A DNA stretch of 58,541 nucleotides from assembly GCA_003697125.1 (NCBI GenBank), contig RFGB01000186.1, positions 1-58,541 on the forward strand, written 5' to 3'. Position 1 is the stretch's first letter; each line of letters opens with the position of its first letter. This document shows positions 1-9,464 of this stretch, piece by piece. The stretch is from Alphaproteobacteria bacterium. Lineage in GTDB: Bacteria; Pseudomonadota; Alphaproteobacteria; Rhodobacterales; Rhodobacteraceae. Position numbers and translations under genes: made by a program. Under the pieces are notes generated by a model, which made no database searches, was not told where the DNA came from, and was given only the letters and a program-made list of their open reading frames with translations.

Positions 1-266
1 CGGCCGGCGGGGGCGGGCTCGGCCGCCGGAGCCGGCGCCTGGGCGGCCGCCGGCTCGGCCGACTCGGGCGGCTCGGCCGCGGCGGCCGGGCGCGGCTCAT
101 CCTTCTCGGCGGCGCCATTGTTGCGGTTCGACAGCCCCAGGCGGTGCACCTTGCCGATCACCGCGTTCCGGGTCACCCCGCCCAGGGCCTTGGCGATCTG
201 GCTCGCGCTCTTGCCCTCGGTCCACATGGTCTTCAGAAGCTCGACACGCTCTTCGGTCCAGGACAT
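1..266 (-). CDS. gcrA: GcrA cell-cycle transcriptional regulator (N-terminal part; C-terminus lies beyond the window start)
   Basis: Absent from the ORF track because it is truncated. Reverse complement from the ATG at 264-266 reads MSWTEERVELLKTMWTEGKSASQIAKALGGVTRNAVIGKVHRLGLSNR followed by a Pro/Ala-rich linker, which is the conserved GcrA N-terminal domain. Confidence 0.85.
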   Translation of the reverse strand, partial: MSWTEERVELLKTMWTEGKSASQIAKALGGVTRNAVIGKVHRLGLSNRNNGAAEKDEPRPAAAAEPPESAEPAAAQAPAPAAEPAPAG

Positions 267-297
267 CGCGATACCCTTCCGCTCTGACGGGGCGGGC

Positions 298-325
298 ATT
301 CTAGCCGCCCCCCGGATCCTTGCAA
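298..325 (-). promoter_or_regulatory. Candidate sigma70-type promoter of gcrA
   Basis: Read on the minus strand: TTGCAA (320-325), 16-nt spacer, TAGAAT (298-303). It lies about 30 nt upstream of the gcrA ATG, with a GGAAGGG RBS between. Pattern match only. Confidence 0.35.
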
Positions 326-393
326 GCCATCCCCGCCACCCGCGGCCGAGAGATGGGGACGATTTCCCGTCTTCGCCAGGGGGGGCCGGCGGG

Positions 394-1233
394 TCAGACC
401 GCCTCGGGCAGGGGATGACGCGCGCGGTGCGCCGCCATGCCCTCGGCCACCAGGCGCCCGCAGGCCGCGGCCAGCGCCTTGCGATCGGCGAAGTCGGCCG
501 CGCGCAGGGGCGGATGGTAGATCACCGTCGCCTGCCCGCCGCGCGAGCGGGTCGTCACGTCCCAGACATGGCGGCCGAAGGGCATCTCGCCCCACCAGCC
601 ATAGATGGCGGCGGGCAGGCCCGCGGGCGGATCATAGACCAGGGTGACCGGCTGCACCCATACCGCGGCCCGCAGCTCCTCGCTCATGAAGGCGGCGAAC
701 AGCGTGGACTTGAAGGGCAGCACCCGCATCCCGTCGGTGCTGGTTCCCTCCGGGAAGAAGCACAGGAGCTCCCCGCGCGCGATGCGCGCGCGCATCTCCT
801 CTTGCTGCCTGCGGGCCGCCGCCGCGCGACGTTCGATGAACATCGTGCCCGTCACCGCCGCCAGCGGGCCAATGCCTGGCCAGCCGCGCACCTCGGCCTT
901 GGCAAGGAACGTCACCCGCCCCGCGGCGAGGATGGTGAAGATGTCGATCCAGCTGACGTGATTGGCGACGAGCGCGCCGCCATGGGGCATGCGCGTGCCC
1001 TCCACGCGCAGGGACAGCCCGCACAGCGACAGGCACATCCTGGCCCAGAGGCTTTGCACGCCGTCCTGCCAGCGGGGAAGCCCCGCCCGGTTCAGCGCCT
1101 GCGCGATCAGGAAGGCGGCCAGCAGCAGGGGGGTGCCCAAGGCGATCGCGGCCAGCCGCAGCACCGCCAGCAGGCGCCGGCCCGGCGGCGCGGGCGGCAG
1201 GACCGGGGGATCGGCCTCGTTCCAGGGGGTCAC
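394..1233 (-). CDS. olsA: Lyso-ornithine-lipid O-acyltransferase (PlsC-family acyltransferase)
   Basis: 279-aa ORF with the HX4D acyltransferase motif (NHVSWID) and FPEGTS. The GTG start overlaps the olsB stop (GTGA), the classic olsB-olsA pairing. Confidence 0.8.
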   Translation of the reverse strand: MTPWNEADPPVLPPAPPGRRLLAVLRLAAIALGTPLLLAAFLIAQALNRAGLPRWQDGVQSLWARMCLSLCGLSLRVEGTRMPHGGALVANHVSWIDIFTILAAGRVTFLAKAEVRGWPGIGPLAAVTGTMFIERRAAAARRQQEEMRARIARGELLCFFPEGTSTDGMRVLPFKSTLFAAFMSEELRAAVWVQPVTLVYDPPAGLPAAIYGWWGEMPFGRHVWDVTTRSRGGQATVIYHPPLRAADFADRKALAAACGRLVAEGMAAHRARHPLPEAV

Positions 1234-2015
1234 CGCGCAGCCTCCCGCGTGCGGCCGTAATAGTCGCGGTAGCGCGCCGCCATGCGCTGGGTATCCATCA
1301 CCAGGAACACATCGACCGTGTTGAAGACCGGATCGACATAGGCCCCGTCACCCACGAAGCCGCCCAGGCGCAGATAGGCCTTGATCAGGGCCGGAACCGC
1401 GCGCAGCGCCCGCAGCCGGTCCACCGCCTCGGCCGGCATGCGGTTCATCTCGACATGATGGCCGGGCAGTGCGCGCACCCGCAGTTCGGGCGGGGCGAGG
1501 TGATGGTGCCACAGATAGGACAGCGGCTCGGCCAGCGGCCCGGGATCATTGCCGTGAAAGCTGGCCGTGCCGAACATGATCTCGATCCCGTGGCGGACGA
1601 CATAGTCGCCCAGCGCCGACCACAGCAGATGCATCGCCAGCCCGCCGCGATAATCGGGATGCACGCAGGACCGGCCCAGTTCCAGCATCCGCCGGCCCGA
1701 GGCCAGAAGCGGGCCCAGATCGTATTCGGTGGCGCTGTAGAAGCCGATTCCCGCCCGCGCCACATCGTCGCGCATCAGCCGGTAGACCCCGACCACCCGG
1801 TCGAGCGGATCGCCGGCAAGCGCGTTGTCGATCAGCACCAGATGGTCGACATAGGGATCGAACGGGTCGCGCTCCAGCCGCAGCGCCGCATCCTCGGGCG
1901 AAGGCCGCGCGCCCATCTCCTCGACGAAGACGCGATAGCGCAGCCGCTGCGCGGCGGCGATCTCCTCGGGCGTGCGGGCGATCCGGGCCGTAAGGCGGTT
2001 GGTGTCTGTCTGCAT
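1230..2015 (-). CDS. olsB: Ornithine-acyl-ACP N-acyltransferase (GNAT-like, OlsB family)
   Basis: 261-aa ORF with ATG at 2015. It shows OlsB/hemolysin-like N-acyltransferase sequence (AAQRLRYRVFVEEMG, ELGRSCVHPDYRG) and is coupled to the downstream PlsC-type gene. Confidence 0.8.
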   Translation of the reverse strand: MQTDTNRLTARIARTPEEIAAAQRLRYRVFVEEMGARPSPEDAALRLERDPFDPYVDHLVLIDNALAGDPLDRVVGVYRLMRDDVARAGIGFYSATEYDLGPLLASGRRMLELGRSCVHPDYRGGLAMHLLWSALGDYVVRHGIEIMFGTASFHGNDPGPLAEPLSYLWHHHLAPPELRVRALPGHHVEMNRMPAEAVDRLRALRAVPALIKAYLRLGGFVGDGAYVDPVFNTVDVFLVMDTQRMAARYRDYYGRTREAAR

Positions 2016-2115
2016 CAGCTGACGATCGGTCGTCGGGGTCCGATACCCGCGGGCGGATGGCGCAAACTAGTCGCGGGGGCAGCCGCTGGCAACCGCTGCC
2101 GGCCTTGCGGGGGGC

Positions 2116-2131
2116 TTAACGGGTCCTTAAC
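2116..2131. promoter_or_regulatory. Full-consensus CtrA box TTAA-N7-TTAAC
   Basis: TTAACGGGTCCTTAAC in the 128-nt spacer between the DUF3553 stop and the olsB start, about 100-115 nt upstream of the olsB ATG. TTAA is rare in this GC-rich DNA. Confidence 0.5.
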
Positions 2132-2143
2132 CAGTTTGCCCGG

Positions 2144-2338
2144 TTAGTGGGACCCGGGCCGGGGCGGGGCCTCGGATTCGATGGCCAGTGCGACACGCGA
2201 CCCGTCCAGCACCAGCTTGCCGGCATGTTCGAAGTTGACCGTGATGCGGTTGCCGATGATCGACTGAACCTGCCCGAGCCCCCATTCGGGCGCCGAGGGA
2301 TTGCGCACCAGCGCGCCCGGTTCGAGAAACATGTTCAT
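2144..2338 (-). CDS. DUF3553 domain protein (64 aa)
   Basis: The C-terminal 64 aa of the 161-aa track ORF read MNMFLEPGALVRNPSAPEWGLGQVQSIIGNRITVNFEHAGKLVLDGSRVAL, the DUF3553 signature. The upstream part of the ORF is Arg/Pro-rich junk. The ATG at 2338 is preceded by GGAGGG. Confidence 0.75.
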   Translation of the reverse strand: MNMFLEPGALVRNPSAPEWGLGQVQSIIGNRITVNFEHAGKLVLDGSRVALAIESEAPPRPGSH

Positions 2339-2388
2339 TCCTGGGCCCTCCGCCCTGGCGCGGGCCCCGAGGAGGAGAGGCCGCTTCC

Positions 2389-3000
2389 GTGACCGAGACA
2401 TCCTCGACCGACCCGACCCGGATCGCCGAACTCGTCGCCTCGCGCCTGTGTCACGACCTGATAAACCCGGTGGGCGCGATCGGCAACGGGGTCGAGCTGA
2501 TGCAGGCGACCCTGCCGCCCTCGCCCGAACTGGAGCTGCTGTCGGAAAGCGCGGCGACGGCCTCGGCGAAGATCCGGCTGTTCCGCATCGCCTTCGGCGC
2601 CGCCTCGGCCAGCGAGACGGTCGAGGCACGGGTTCTGGCCGAGATCCTGGCCGGGGCCTATCGCGGCGGGCGGATCGAGATCGACTGGCCGCCGCAGCCG
2701 CTGCACCGGACCGAGGCGCGGCTGATGCTGCTGGCGGTGATGTGCGCCGAATCGGCCCTGCCGCTGGGCGGCAGGATCCGGGTCGAGACGGGTGAGGGGG
2801 CGGTCACCATCGCGGTCGAGGCCCGGCGCACCCGGTTCGAGACCGAGCCCTGGGCGCATCTGATCGACGGGGTCGCGCTGGCGGAATGCCGCTCGGCCCT
2901 GGTCCATTTTCCCTTCGCGCGCAGCCTGCTCGCGGCGGCGGGACGGCGGGCGCGGCTCGAGGAGACCCCGGCAGGGTTCACCCTGTCCTTCGCGGGCTGA
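2389..3000 (+). CDS. chpT: Histidine phosphotransferase ChpT (CckA-ChpT-CtrA phosphorelay)
   Basis: 203 aa. LVASRLCHDLINPVGAIGNGVELM is the HPTransfase/ChpT phospho-His motif. The GTG start lies 8 nt after GAGGAGGAGAGG. Confidence 0.85.
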   Translation: MTETSSTDPTRIAELVASRLCHDLINPVGAIGNGVELMQATLPPSPELELLSESAATASAKIRLFRIAFGAASASETVEARVLAEILAGAYRGGRIEIDWPPQPLHRTEARLMLLAVMCAESALPLGGRIRVETGEGAVTIAVEARRTRFETEPWAHLIDGVALAECRSALVHFPFARSLLAAAGRRARLEETPAGFTLSFAG

Positions 3001-3005
3001 GCCGG

Positions 3006-3542
3006 TCAGGCCGGCGCGGCGGGGCGCCCCAGCCCGGCGCGAAAGCGCCGCCAGTTGTCGCGATAGCGCGCGGCGCTGTCCAGAAGCCGCGCCTGTTCCT
3101 CGTCGGAGAGGGTCCTGACCACCTTGCCCGGGGCGCCAAGCACCAGCGCGCCCTCGGGGATCTCCCTGCCCTCGGTCACCACCGCACCCGCGCCGATCAG
3201 CGCGCCCCGTCCGATCCTGGCGCCATTCATCACCGTGGCGCCCATCCCGACCAGCACGCCGTCGCCGATGGTGCAGCCATGCAGGATGGCGCGGTGGCCC
3301 ACGGTGCAGTTGCGCCCCACGGTCAGCGGACAGCCCGGATCGGTGTGCAGCACGCAGCCATCCTGTATGTTCGACCCCTCGCCGATCAGGATCGGTTCGT
3401 TGTCGCCGCGCAGCACGGCGTTGAACCAGACGCTGGCGCCGGCCATCAGGATCACCCGCCCGATGACCTGCGCGCCCGGGGCGACCCAGGAATCGTCGGG
3501 GACCACCGGCGCCACCCCGTCCAGAACCCAGATTCCGCTCAT
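3006..3542 (-). CDS. Gamma-class carbonic anhydrase family protein (hexapeptide-repeat, YrdA/PaaY-like)
   Basis: Internal Met of the 216-aa ORF: [30 protein letters not shown]...[13 protein letters not shown]. Left-handed beta-helix repeats are present. The ATG overlaps the gmk stop (ATGA). Confidence 0.85.
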   Translation of the reverse strand: MSGIWVLDGVAPVVPDDSWVAPGAQVIGRVILMAGASVWFNAVLRGDNEPILIGEGSNIQDGCVLHTDPGCPLTVGRNCTVGHRAILHGCTIGDGVLVGMGATVMNGARIGRGALIGAGAVVTEGREIPEGALVLGAPGKVVRTLSDEEQARLLDSAARYRDNWRRFRAGLGRPAAPA

Positions 3543-4192
3543 CGCCTCGCCTCCTCGAATTCGCGATTGAGCCGCTGCACCTGGGCCACCAGCCCCGGCT
3601 GGCGGTCGCGGCGCAGCCGCTCGGCGGTCAGGATCGCCCGAAGCTGCGCCTCGCACAGATCGAGATCCCGGTTGACCAGCACGTAATCATATTCCGCCCA
3701 GTGGCTGATCTCGTCGCGCGCCCGCGCCATGCGCCGGGCGATCACCTCCTCGGGATCCTGGGCACGGCGGCGCAGGCGTTCCTCGAGCGCGGCGATCGAC
3801 GGCGGCAGCAGGAAGATCGAGACCACCGCCTCGCGCAGCGGCGAATTGCGCAGCTGCTGGCCGCCCTGCCAGTCGACATCGAACAGCACGTCGCGCCCCG
3901 CCGCCAGCGCCGCCTCGACCGGTGCGCGCGGCGTTCCGTAGAGATTGCCGAACACCTCGGCCCATTCCAGCAGTTTCCCCGCGGCGATCATCGCCTCGAA
4001 CTCGGCCCGGGAGCGGAAGTGATAGTCGCGCCCGTCGACCTCGCCGGGGCGCGGGGGGCGGGTGGTGACCGAGACCGAGAAGCCGATCTCGGGATCGGCG
4101 GCGACCAGCCGGCGCGCGAGGGTGGACTTTCCAGCGCCCGATGGCGAGGAGAGGATCACCAGCAGGCCGCGGCGGGCGGGTTCATTCGACAT
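3539..4192 (-). CDS. gmk: Guanylate kinase
   Basis: 217 aa with P-loop [10 protein letters not shown] and typical Gmk sequence ([17 protein letters not shown]). Confidence 0.93.
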   Translation of the reverse strand: MSNEPARRGLLVILSSPSGAGKSTLARRLVAADPEIGFSVSVTTRPPRPGEVDGRDYHFRSRAEFEAMIAAGKLLEWAEVFGNLYGTPRAPVEAALAAGRDVLFDVDWQGGQQLRNSPLREAVVSIFLLPPSIAALEERLRRRAQDPEEVIARRMARARDEISHWAEYDYVLVNRDLDLCEAQLRAILTAERLRRDRQPGLVAQVQRLNREFEEARR

Positions 4193-5063
4193 TCTGCACC
4201 TGTTCGCGCAGCTGGTCGATCACCGCCTTCAGCGCCAGCCCGATCGCGACCAGATCGGCCGAGCCGGCCTTGGCGCACAGGGTGTTGGCCTCGCGGTTCA
4301 GTTCCTGGGCGAGGAAGTCCAGCCGCCGGCCCACCGCGCCCGCCTGGCGCAGCAGGGCGCGGGCGGCGGCGACATGGGCATGGGTGCGGTCCAGCTCCTC
4401 GGTCACGTCGGCCTTCACCGCGATCAGCGCCAGTTCCTGGGCGAGGCGCTCAGGCTCGACCGGCGCGCCAGCGCCCAGAAGCGCGGCGACCCGCTCGCGC
4501 AGCAGCGCCCCGCTGCGCGCCTGCCGCGCCTCGGCGGTCTCGCGCGCCCGGGCGGCCAGCGCCTCGATCTCGTCGAGATGGGCGCGGATCATGCCACCCA
4601 GCGCCGCCCCCTCGGCAAGCCGCGCCGCGCGCAGACCCTCCAGCGCCGCCGCCGCCCCCTCCAGCAATGCCGCGCGGCGTTCAGGGGTCAGCAGCTCCTC
4701 GGCCTCGGCCCCCGACAGCACGCCGGGCAGCGCCAGCAGCCGGTCGGCCGGCACGGGCGCAATCTCCAGCCCGGCGGCCCGGGCGCGCGCACCGGCCTCC
4801 TGCAGCGCCGCGATCGCGGCATCCAGCGCGGCGGGATCAAGCCGCGCCGTCGCCGCGCCCCCGATCCGCGCCAGCCGCAGCCCCAGCGTGACCGACCCGC
4901 GGGCGAACAGCGCCTGGGCGCGCGCGCGCAGTTCCGGCTCCAGCGCCTCCGCGCCATCGGCCAGGCGCAGGCGCAGGTCGAGCCCGCGGCCATTGACGCT
5001 GCGCGCCTCCCAGCGCCAGGCGAAGGCGGTGTCGCCGCCCGTCGCCTCGGCGAAACCTGTCAT
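4182..5063 (-). CDS. yicC: YicC-family stress-induced protein / endoribonuclease
   Basis: Starts [11 protein letters not shown]...; the C-terminus [15 protein letters not shown]...[10 protein letters not shown] is the YicC signature. Its stop overlaps the gmk start by 11 nt (conserved yicC-gmk synteny). Confidence 0.88.
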   Translation of the reverse strand: MTGFAEATGGDTAFAWRWEARSVNGRGLDLRLRLADGAEALEPELRARAQALFARGSVTLGLRLARIGGAATARLDPAALDAAIAALQEAGARARAAGLEIAPVPADRLLALPGVLSGAEAEELLTPERRAALLEGAAAALEGLRAARLAEGAALGGMIRAHLDEIEALAARARETAEARQARSGALLRERVAALLGAGAPVEPERLAQELALIAVKADVTEELDRTHAHVAAARALLRQAGAVGRRLDFLAQELNREANTLCAKAGSADLVAIGLALKAVIDQLREQVQNVE

Positions 5064-5132
5064 CGACTGCACCGGCACCCCCTGTCCGCCCGCCCCGCGC
5101 ATCCGCTGCGGCGCAACTGGCACGGCAATTGC

Positions 5133-5148
5133 TTAATGAAGGGTGAAC
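5133..5148. promoter_or_regulatory. Near-consensus CtrA box (TTAA-N7-TGAAC, one mismatch)
   Basis: TTAATGAAGGGTGAAC in the unusually AT-rich divergent spacer between yicC (start 5063) and the PAS gene (start 5266). Confidence 0.3.
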
Positions 5149-5265
5149 GGTAACTCAATGGCGACAAATCCGGGGAAATGGCTTAAAATGGCACAGAATG
5201 TTGGTTCAGGCGGGATCGGACCGGGTGGCGGGCGTCCCGAAACGGGGCAGGTGGCGGCGAACAGG

Positions 5266-5925
5266 ATGAAGATCTCCGACCCGGTCCTCAAGGATCTGCT
5301 GGATTACTGGGAATCGCTGCGCGCGGGGCGCGAGGTGCCCTACCGCTCGGAGATCGACCCCCGGCGCTTCGAGGATGCGCTGGAGCACATGTTCATCCTG
5401 GAGCATCTGGGCGAGGGGAACATCCGCATCCGCCTTGCCGGGATGTTCCTGTGCGAGATGATGGGCATGGAGCTGCGCGGGATGAGCCTGCGGGCGCTGA
5501 TGCGGCTGGAGGACCGGGCGCCGCTGGACACCGCGCTGGCGCAGGTGCTCTCGGGCCCGTCGATCGCCTATCTGGAGCTGGAGGCGCACGGCCCGTCCGG
5601 GCGGCGGCACAAGGCGTCGATGCTGCTGCTGCCGCTGCGCAGCGATTTCGGCGACATCTCGCGAATCCTGGGCTGTCTGCGCATCGACGGGGTTCCGGTG
5701 GCCGATGGCACGCCGCTGCGCTTCTCGATCAGCGCCGCCCAGATCCGCCCGGTCCGGATCGAGGGGGCGGCCCGCTCGGCGGCGGCGGCCGAGCTTCCCG
5801 GCTTTGCCGAACCCAAGGCGGCCTTCCACCACGACGGGCCGCAGCTGCGCAGCATCGAGGGCGGCAGCCGCCGGCGCGGGTCGCGGCGGCGCAATCATCT
5901 GCGGCTGGTCAAGGACGGCGAGTGA
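5266..5925 (+). CDS. Single-domain PAS protein (PAS_5 / DUF1457 family)
   Basis: MKISDPVLKDLLDYWESLRAGREVPYRSEIDPRRFEDALEHMFILE...IRIRLAGMFLCEMMGMELRG matches the DUF1457 PAS pattern. The start was chosen at an internal ATG, and an upstream GTG is possible. Confidence 0.75.
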   Translation: MKISDPVLKDLLDYWESLRAGREVPYRSEIDPRRFEDALEHMFILEHLGEGNIRIRLAGMFLCEMMGMELRGMSLRALMRLEDRAPLDTALAQVLSGPSIAYLELEAHGPSGRRHKASMLLLPLRSDFGDISRILGCLRIDGVPVADGTPLRFSISAAQIRPVRIEGAARSAAAAELPGFAEPKAAFHHDGPQLRSIEGGSRRRGSRRRNHLRLVKDGE

Positions 5926-5942
5926 CCCGGTGCGGCCGGGCG

Positions 5943-6791
5943 TCAGCCCCGCCGCTCCTCCTCGGCAATGCCCTGCAGGGACAGGACCGCCGTCAGGTCG
6001 GCATGGTCGATCACCGCATCCGCCACCGACCTGAGCGTGGGCTTGGCCCGGAACGCCACGCCCAGCCCCGCCGCGCGCAGCATCTCGGCATCATTGGCGC
6101 CATCGCCCACCGCGACCGCGTCGCGGGGCGAAAGCCCAGCCTCGGCCGCCAGCGCCTCCAGCGTCTCGCGCTTGGCCGCGCGGCCGAGGATGGGGGCGGC
6201 GACCGCCCCGGTCAGCCGGCCATTCTCGATGATCAGCGTGTTGGCGCGATGCACCCCGAACCCCGCCTCGGCCGCGACACGCTCGGTGAACCAGGTGAAG
6301 CCGCCCGAGACCAGCGCGGTCACCGCGCCCAGCGCGTTCATCGTCTGCACCAGCCGCCGCGCCCCCGGGTTGAGGCGGACCCGCGTCGCGCAGACCCGGT
6401 CGAGCGCGGCCTCGGGCAGGCCGGCGAGCAGCGCGACCCTCTCGCGCAGCGCCGCCTCGAAATCCAGCGCGCCCTGCATCGCCCGTTCGGTGATCGCCGC
6501 CACCTGCGCGCCGACCCCGGCCTCGGCCGCGATCTCGTCGATGCATTCCACGCCGATGATGGTGCTGTCCATGTCGGCGACCAGAAGCCGCTTGCGCCGC
6601 CCCGCGGCGGGCAGGATGTTGGCATCCACCGCCAGGCCGGCCAGCGCCGCGGCGGCGCTTTCCACCTCGCCGCCCAGCTCGGCCGCATCCGGGGCCAGCC
6701 GGCGCAGCAGCCGCCCGCCGGCGGCCTCGGCGCGGGCCAAGGCCGCATCGGGCAGGCTGCCCGCCGCGGTCAGGACCAGCACGCGGTCCAA
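5943..6791 (-). CDS. serB: Phosphoserine phosphatase (HAD superfamily)
   Basis: C-terminal ~280 aa of the artefactual 737-aa ORF, with HAD motifs DMDSTII, SGGF and GDGANDAEM. The TTG start lies 2 nt after the DAHP synthase stop; a GTG at 6782 is the alternative. Confidence 0.85.
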   Translation of the reverse strand: MDRVLVLTAAGSLPDAALARAEAAGGRLLRRLAPDAAELGGEVESAAAALAGLAVDANILPAAGRRKRLLVADMDSTIIGVECIDEIAAEAGVGAQVAAITERAMQGALDFEAALRERVALLAGLPEAALDRVCATRVRLNPGARRLVQTMNALGAVTALVSGGFTWFTERVAAEAGFGVHRANTLIIENGRLTGAVAAPILGRAAKRETLEALAAEAGLSPRDAVAVGDGANDAEMLRAAGLGVAFRAKPTLRSVADAVIDHADLTAVLSLQGIAEEERRG

Positions 6792-6793
6792 GG

Positions 6794-8167
6794 CTATTGC
6801 GCGGCCACCGGACGTTCGGCCGAGGCCGAACGCTGGATCTCGTCGGCGACGAGGAAGGCGAGCTCCAGCGCCTGCGCCGCATTGAGCCGCGGATCGCAGG
6901 CGGTGTGATAGCGGTCGCGCAGCGTCTCCTCGCTGACCGCGCTGACACCGCCGGTGCATTCGGTGACGTTCTTGCCGGTCATCTCGAAATGCACCCCGCC
7001 GGCATGGGTGCCCATCTCGCGATGGATGGCGAAGAATTCGCGCACCTCGGCGAGGACCCTTTCGAAGGGCCGGGTCTTGTAGCCGGTGGCCGACTTGACC
7101 GTGTTGCCATGCATCGGGTCGCAGGACCACACGACGCGGCGCCCCTCGCGGGTGACCGCCTCGATCAGCGCCGGCAGATGCGCCTCGACCCGGCCGGCCC
7201 CGAAACGGGTGATCAGCGTCAGCCGCCCGGGCTCGTTGCGGGGGTTCAGCCGGTCGATCAGCCGGATCAGCTCGTCGGGCGACAGGCTGGGGCCGCATTT
7301 CAGGCCGATCGGGTTCAGGACGCCGCGGCAGAATTCCACATGGGCGCCGTCGGGCTGGCGGGTTCGGTCGCCGATCCACAGCATGTGGCCCGATCCGGCG
7401 ATGATCTGGCCGGTGGTCGAATCGACCCGGGTCAGCGCCTCCTCGTATTCCAGCAGCAGCGCCTCGTGGCTGGTGTAGAAATCGACGCGCTTCATCTGCT
7501 CGGCCCGGTCGGGGGTGATGCCGGCGGCCGACATGAAGTCCAGCGCCTGGCCGATGCGGTCGGCCATGTCGCGATAGCGTTCGTAGCCTGCGCCCTCGAC
7601 GAAGCCGAGATTCCAGGAATGCACCCGGTGCAGGTCGGCGAAGCCGCCCTGGCTGAAGGCGCGCAGCAGGTTGAGCGTCGCCGCCGCCTGCAGATAGGCC
7701 TGAAGCATCCGCCGCGGGTCCGGGGTGCGGGCCTCGGCGGTGAATTCCAGCCCATTGATGATGTCGCCGCGGTAGGAGGGCAGCTCGACCCCGTCCTGCA
7801 CCTCGGTCGGCGCGCTGCGGGGCTTGGCGAACTGGCCGGCCATCCGGCCCACCTTGACCACCGGCATCCGGGCGCCGAAGGTCAGCACGACCGCCATCTG
7901 CAGCAGCACCTTGAAGGTGTCGCGGATATTGTCGGCGCAGAATTCCTCGAAGCTCTCGGCACAGTCGCCGCCCTGCAGCAGGAAGGCCCGGCCCTCGGCC
8001 ACCTCGGCCAGGCGCGCCTTCAGCGCCCGCGCCTCGCCGGCGAAGACCAGCGGCGGATATTTGGCAAGCTGTGCCTCGACGGCCTTCAGCGCCCCGGCAT
8101 CCGGATAGTCGGGCATCTGGATCCGCGGCCTGGAACGCCACCCGGACTTGGTCCATGCGCCGGACAT
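6794..8167 (-). CDS. 3-deoxy-7-phosphoheptulonate (DAHP) synthase, class II
   Basis: [23 protein letters not shown]...[12 protein letters not shown]... and the ~457-aa length are typical of class II (AroA-II) DAHP synthases. Confidence 0.92.
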   Translation of the reverse strand: MSGAWTKSGWRSRPRIQMPDYPDAGALKAVEAQLAKYPPLVFAGEARALKARLAEVAEGRAFLLQGGDCAESFEEFCADNIRDTFKVLLQMAVVLTFGARMPVVKVGRMAGQFAKPRSAPTEVQDGVELPSYRGDIINGLEFTAEARTPDPRRMLQAYLQAAATLNLLRAFSQGGFADLHRVHSWNLGFVEGAGYERYRDMADRIGQALDFMSAAGITPDRAEQMKRVDFYTSHEALLLEYEEALTRVDSTTGQIIAGSGHMLWIGDRTRQPDGAHVEFCRGVLNPIGLKCGPSLSPDELIRLIDRLNPRNEPGRLTLITRFGAGRVEAHLPALIEAVTREGRRVVWSCDPMHGNTVKSATGYKTRPFERVLAEVREFFAIHREMGTHAGGVHFEMTGKNVTECTGGVSAVSEETLRDRYHTACDPRLNAAQALELAFLVADEIQRSASAERPVAAQ

Positions 8168-8318
8168 GTCTGGCTCCCGCAGCTTCTGGGTCTTGCGGGC
8201 CGACCTATAGGGGATGAAGCGGGGCAAGGCCAGCCCGAAATCCCGCCCCGATCAAGAGGCTTGACCGGCCGGACGGGCTGCTGTCAGGTCGGAATCGGGC
8301 CCCGATCCGGTAGCCGAC

Positions 8319-9308
8319 ATGACCGAACAGACCCCGCGCAGGGCGCGACGCTTCGTCTTCCTGGTTCTCGAGAACGCCACACTGCTGTCATTCGCCTGCG
8401 CCGTAGAGCCCCTGCGCATCGCCAACCGGGTGGCGGGGCGGGTTCTCTACAAGTGGATGATCGCGGCGGAGGAGCGCGGCGGCGTCAGCTTCTCCAACGG
8501 GCTGCGGGTGGTGCCCGACATGGGGCTGGAGGAGCTGGAGCGTGACGACGTGCTGCTGGTGTGCGGCGGCGTCAAGGTGCAGTCGGCGGCCAGCCGGGCC
8601 ATCCTGAACTGGTTGCGGCGCGAGGCCAGGCGCGGCATCACCGTGGGCGGCATCTGCACCGGGTCCTGGGCGCTGGCCAAGGCGGGGCTTCTGGACGGGC
8701 GCAGCTGCACCATCCACTGGGAGAACCGCGAGGCCTTTGCCGAGGCCTTTCCCGAGGTGCGGCTGTCCGACCGGATCTTCGTCATCGACGCAAACCGCTG
8801 CTCCTCGGCCGGGGGCTCGGCATCGGCGGACATGATGCTGCACATGATCGCCGGCGACCACGGCCCCGAGCTCGCCGCACAGGTCGCCGACCAGATGATC
8901 TACACCACCGTGCGCACCGACCGCGACCAGCAGCGCCTGTCGATCCCGACCCGGATCGGGGTGCGCCATCCGCGGCTGGCCTCGGTCATCCGGCTGATGG
9001 AACAGAAGATCGAGGAACCCGAGAGCCCGGGCGATCTGGCGGCCGCGGTCGGCATGTCGACGCGCCAGCTGGAGCGGCTGTTCCGGCGCTACCTCAACCG
9101 ATCGCCGAAGCGCTACTACATGGAGCTGCGCCTGCAGCGGGCGCGGCAGCTGCTGCTGCAGACCGACATGAGCGTGATCAACGTGGCGCTGGCCTGCGGC
9201 TTCACCTCGCCGTCGCATTTCTCGAAATGCTACCGGGCCTATTTCCGCACCACGCCCTATCGCGAACGGGGCACCGCCGGCGAGGCGCCGCAGGATGCGA
9301 TCGGCTGA
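8319..9308 (+). CDS. GlxA-family transcriptional regulator (DJ-1/PfpI-like domain + AraC HTH)
   Basis: 329 aa. The N-terminal type-1 glutamine-amidotransferase-like domain ([18 protein letters not shown]) is followed by an AraC-type HTH ([21 protein letters not shown]). Confidence 0.88.
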   Translation: MTEQTPRRARRFVFLVLENATLLSFACAVEPLRIANRVAGRVLYKWMIAAEERGGVSFSNGLRVVPDMGLEELERDDVLLVCGGVKVQSAASRAILNWLRREARRGITVGGICTGSWALAKAGLLDGRSCTIHWENREAFAEAFPEVRLSDRIFVIDANRCSSAGGSASADMMLHMIAGDHGPELAAQVADQMIYTTVRTDRDQQRLSIPTRIGVRHPRLASVIRLMEQKIEEPESPGDLAAAVGMSTRQLERLFRRYLNRSPKRYYMELRLQRARQLLLQTDMSVINVALACGFTSPSHFSKCYRAYFRTTPYRERGTAGEAPQDAIG

Positions 9309-9330
9309 GGCGGGGCGCGATCGCCGGTTC

Positions 9331-9407
9331 TGGTCGGGGCGACTGGATTCGAACCAGCGACCTGCGGTACCCAAAACCGCCGCGCTACCAGGCTGCGCCA
9401 CGCCCCG
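9331..9407 (-). tRNA. tRNA-Pro (anticodon UGG)
   Basis: The reverse complement folds by hand as a cloverleaf: acceptor CGGGGCG/CGCCCCG, D-arm GCGC-AGCCUGGUA-GCGC, anticodon arm GCGGU-UUUGGGU-ACCGC, T-arm GCUGG-UUCGAAU-CCAGU, encoded CCA. Confidence 0.93.
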
Positions 9408-9464
9408 CCTGCCCTGGTCCGGGACATAGCGCGGAGCGGGGCGGAGGGGAAGCGCCGATCGCGC

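Noticed and set aside
1-117. Repetitive GC-rich motif (ggctcggcc / gccgccgg) at the window start
   Set aside because: It reads in frame as the Pro/Ala/Glu-rich linker of GcrA on the minus strand. This is low-complexity coding sequence, not a repeat element.
118-1260. 380-aa plus-strand ORF, and similar long ORFs throughout the track (e.g. 3701-4891, 16145-18013, 20207-21493, 27384-29369, 29194-31560, 38172-40853, 45793-48606)
   Set aside because: Their translations are Arg/Ala/Gly/Pro-rich low-complexity strings with no recognisable motifs. Each lies antisense to, or out of frame with, a gene with clear family signatures. These are typical shadow ORFs of very GC-rich DNA.
2998-3008. Recurrent convergent stop codons only 5-6 nt apart (TGA-N5-TCA at 2998-3008, 11422-11432, 39406-39416; also 14775-14786)
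   Set aside because: The spacers are not palindromic and share no motif beyond a CCGG core in two of the three. This most likely reflects genome compaction rather than a designed element. It does imply overlapping 3' UTRs or terminators inside coding regions.
5943-8156. 737-aa minus-strand ORF
   Set aside because: Only the last ~283 aa (serB) are meaningful. The rest is an alternative frame running through the class II DAHP synthase gene, whose own frame (6794-8167) has unmistakable homology.
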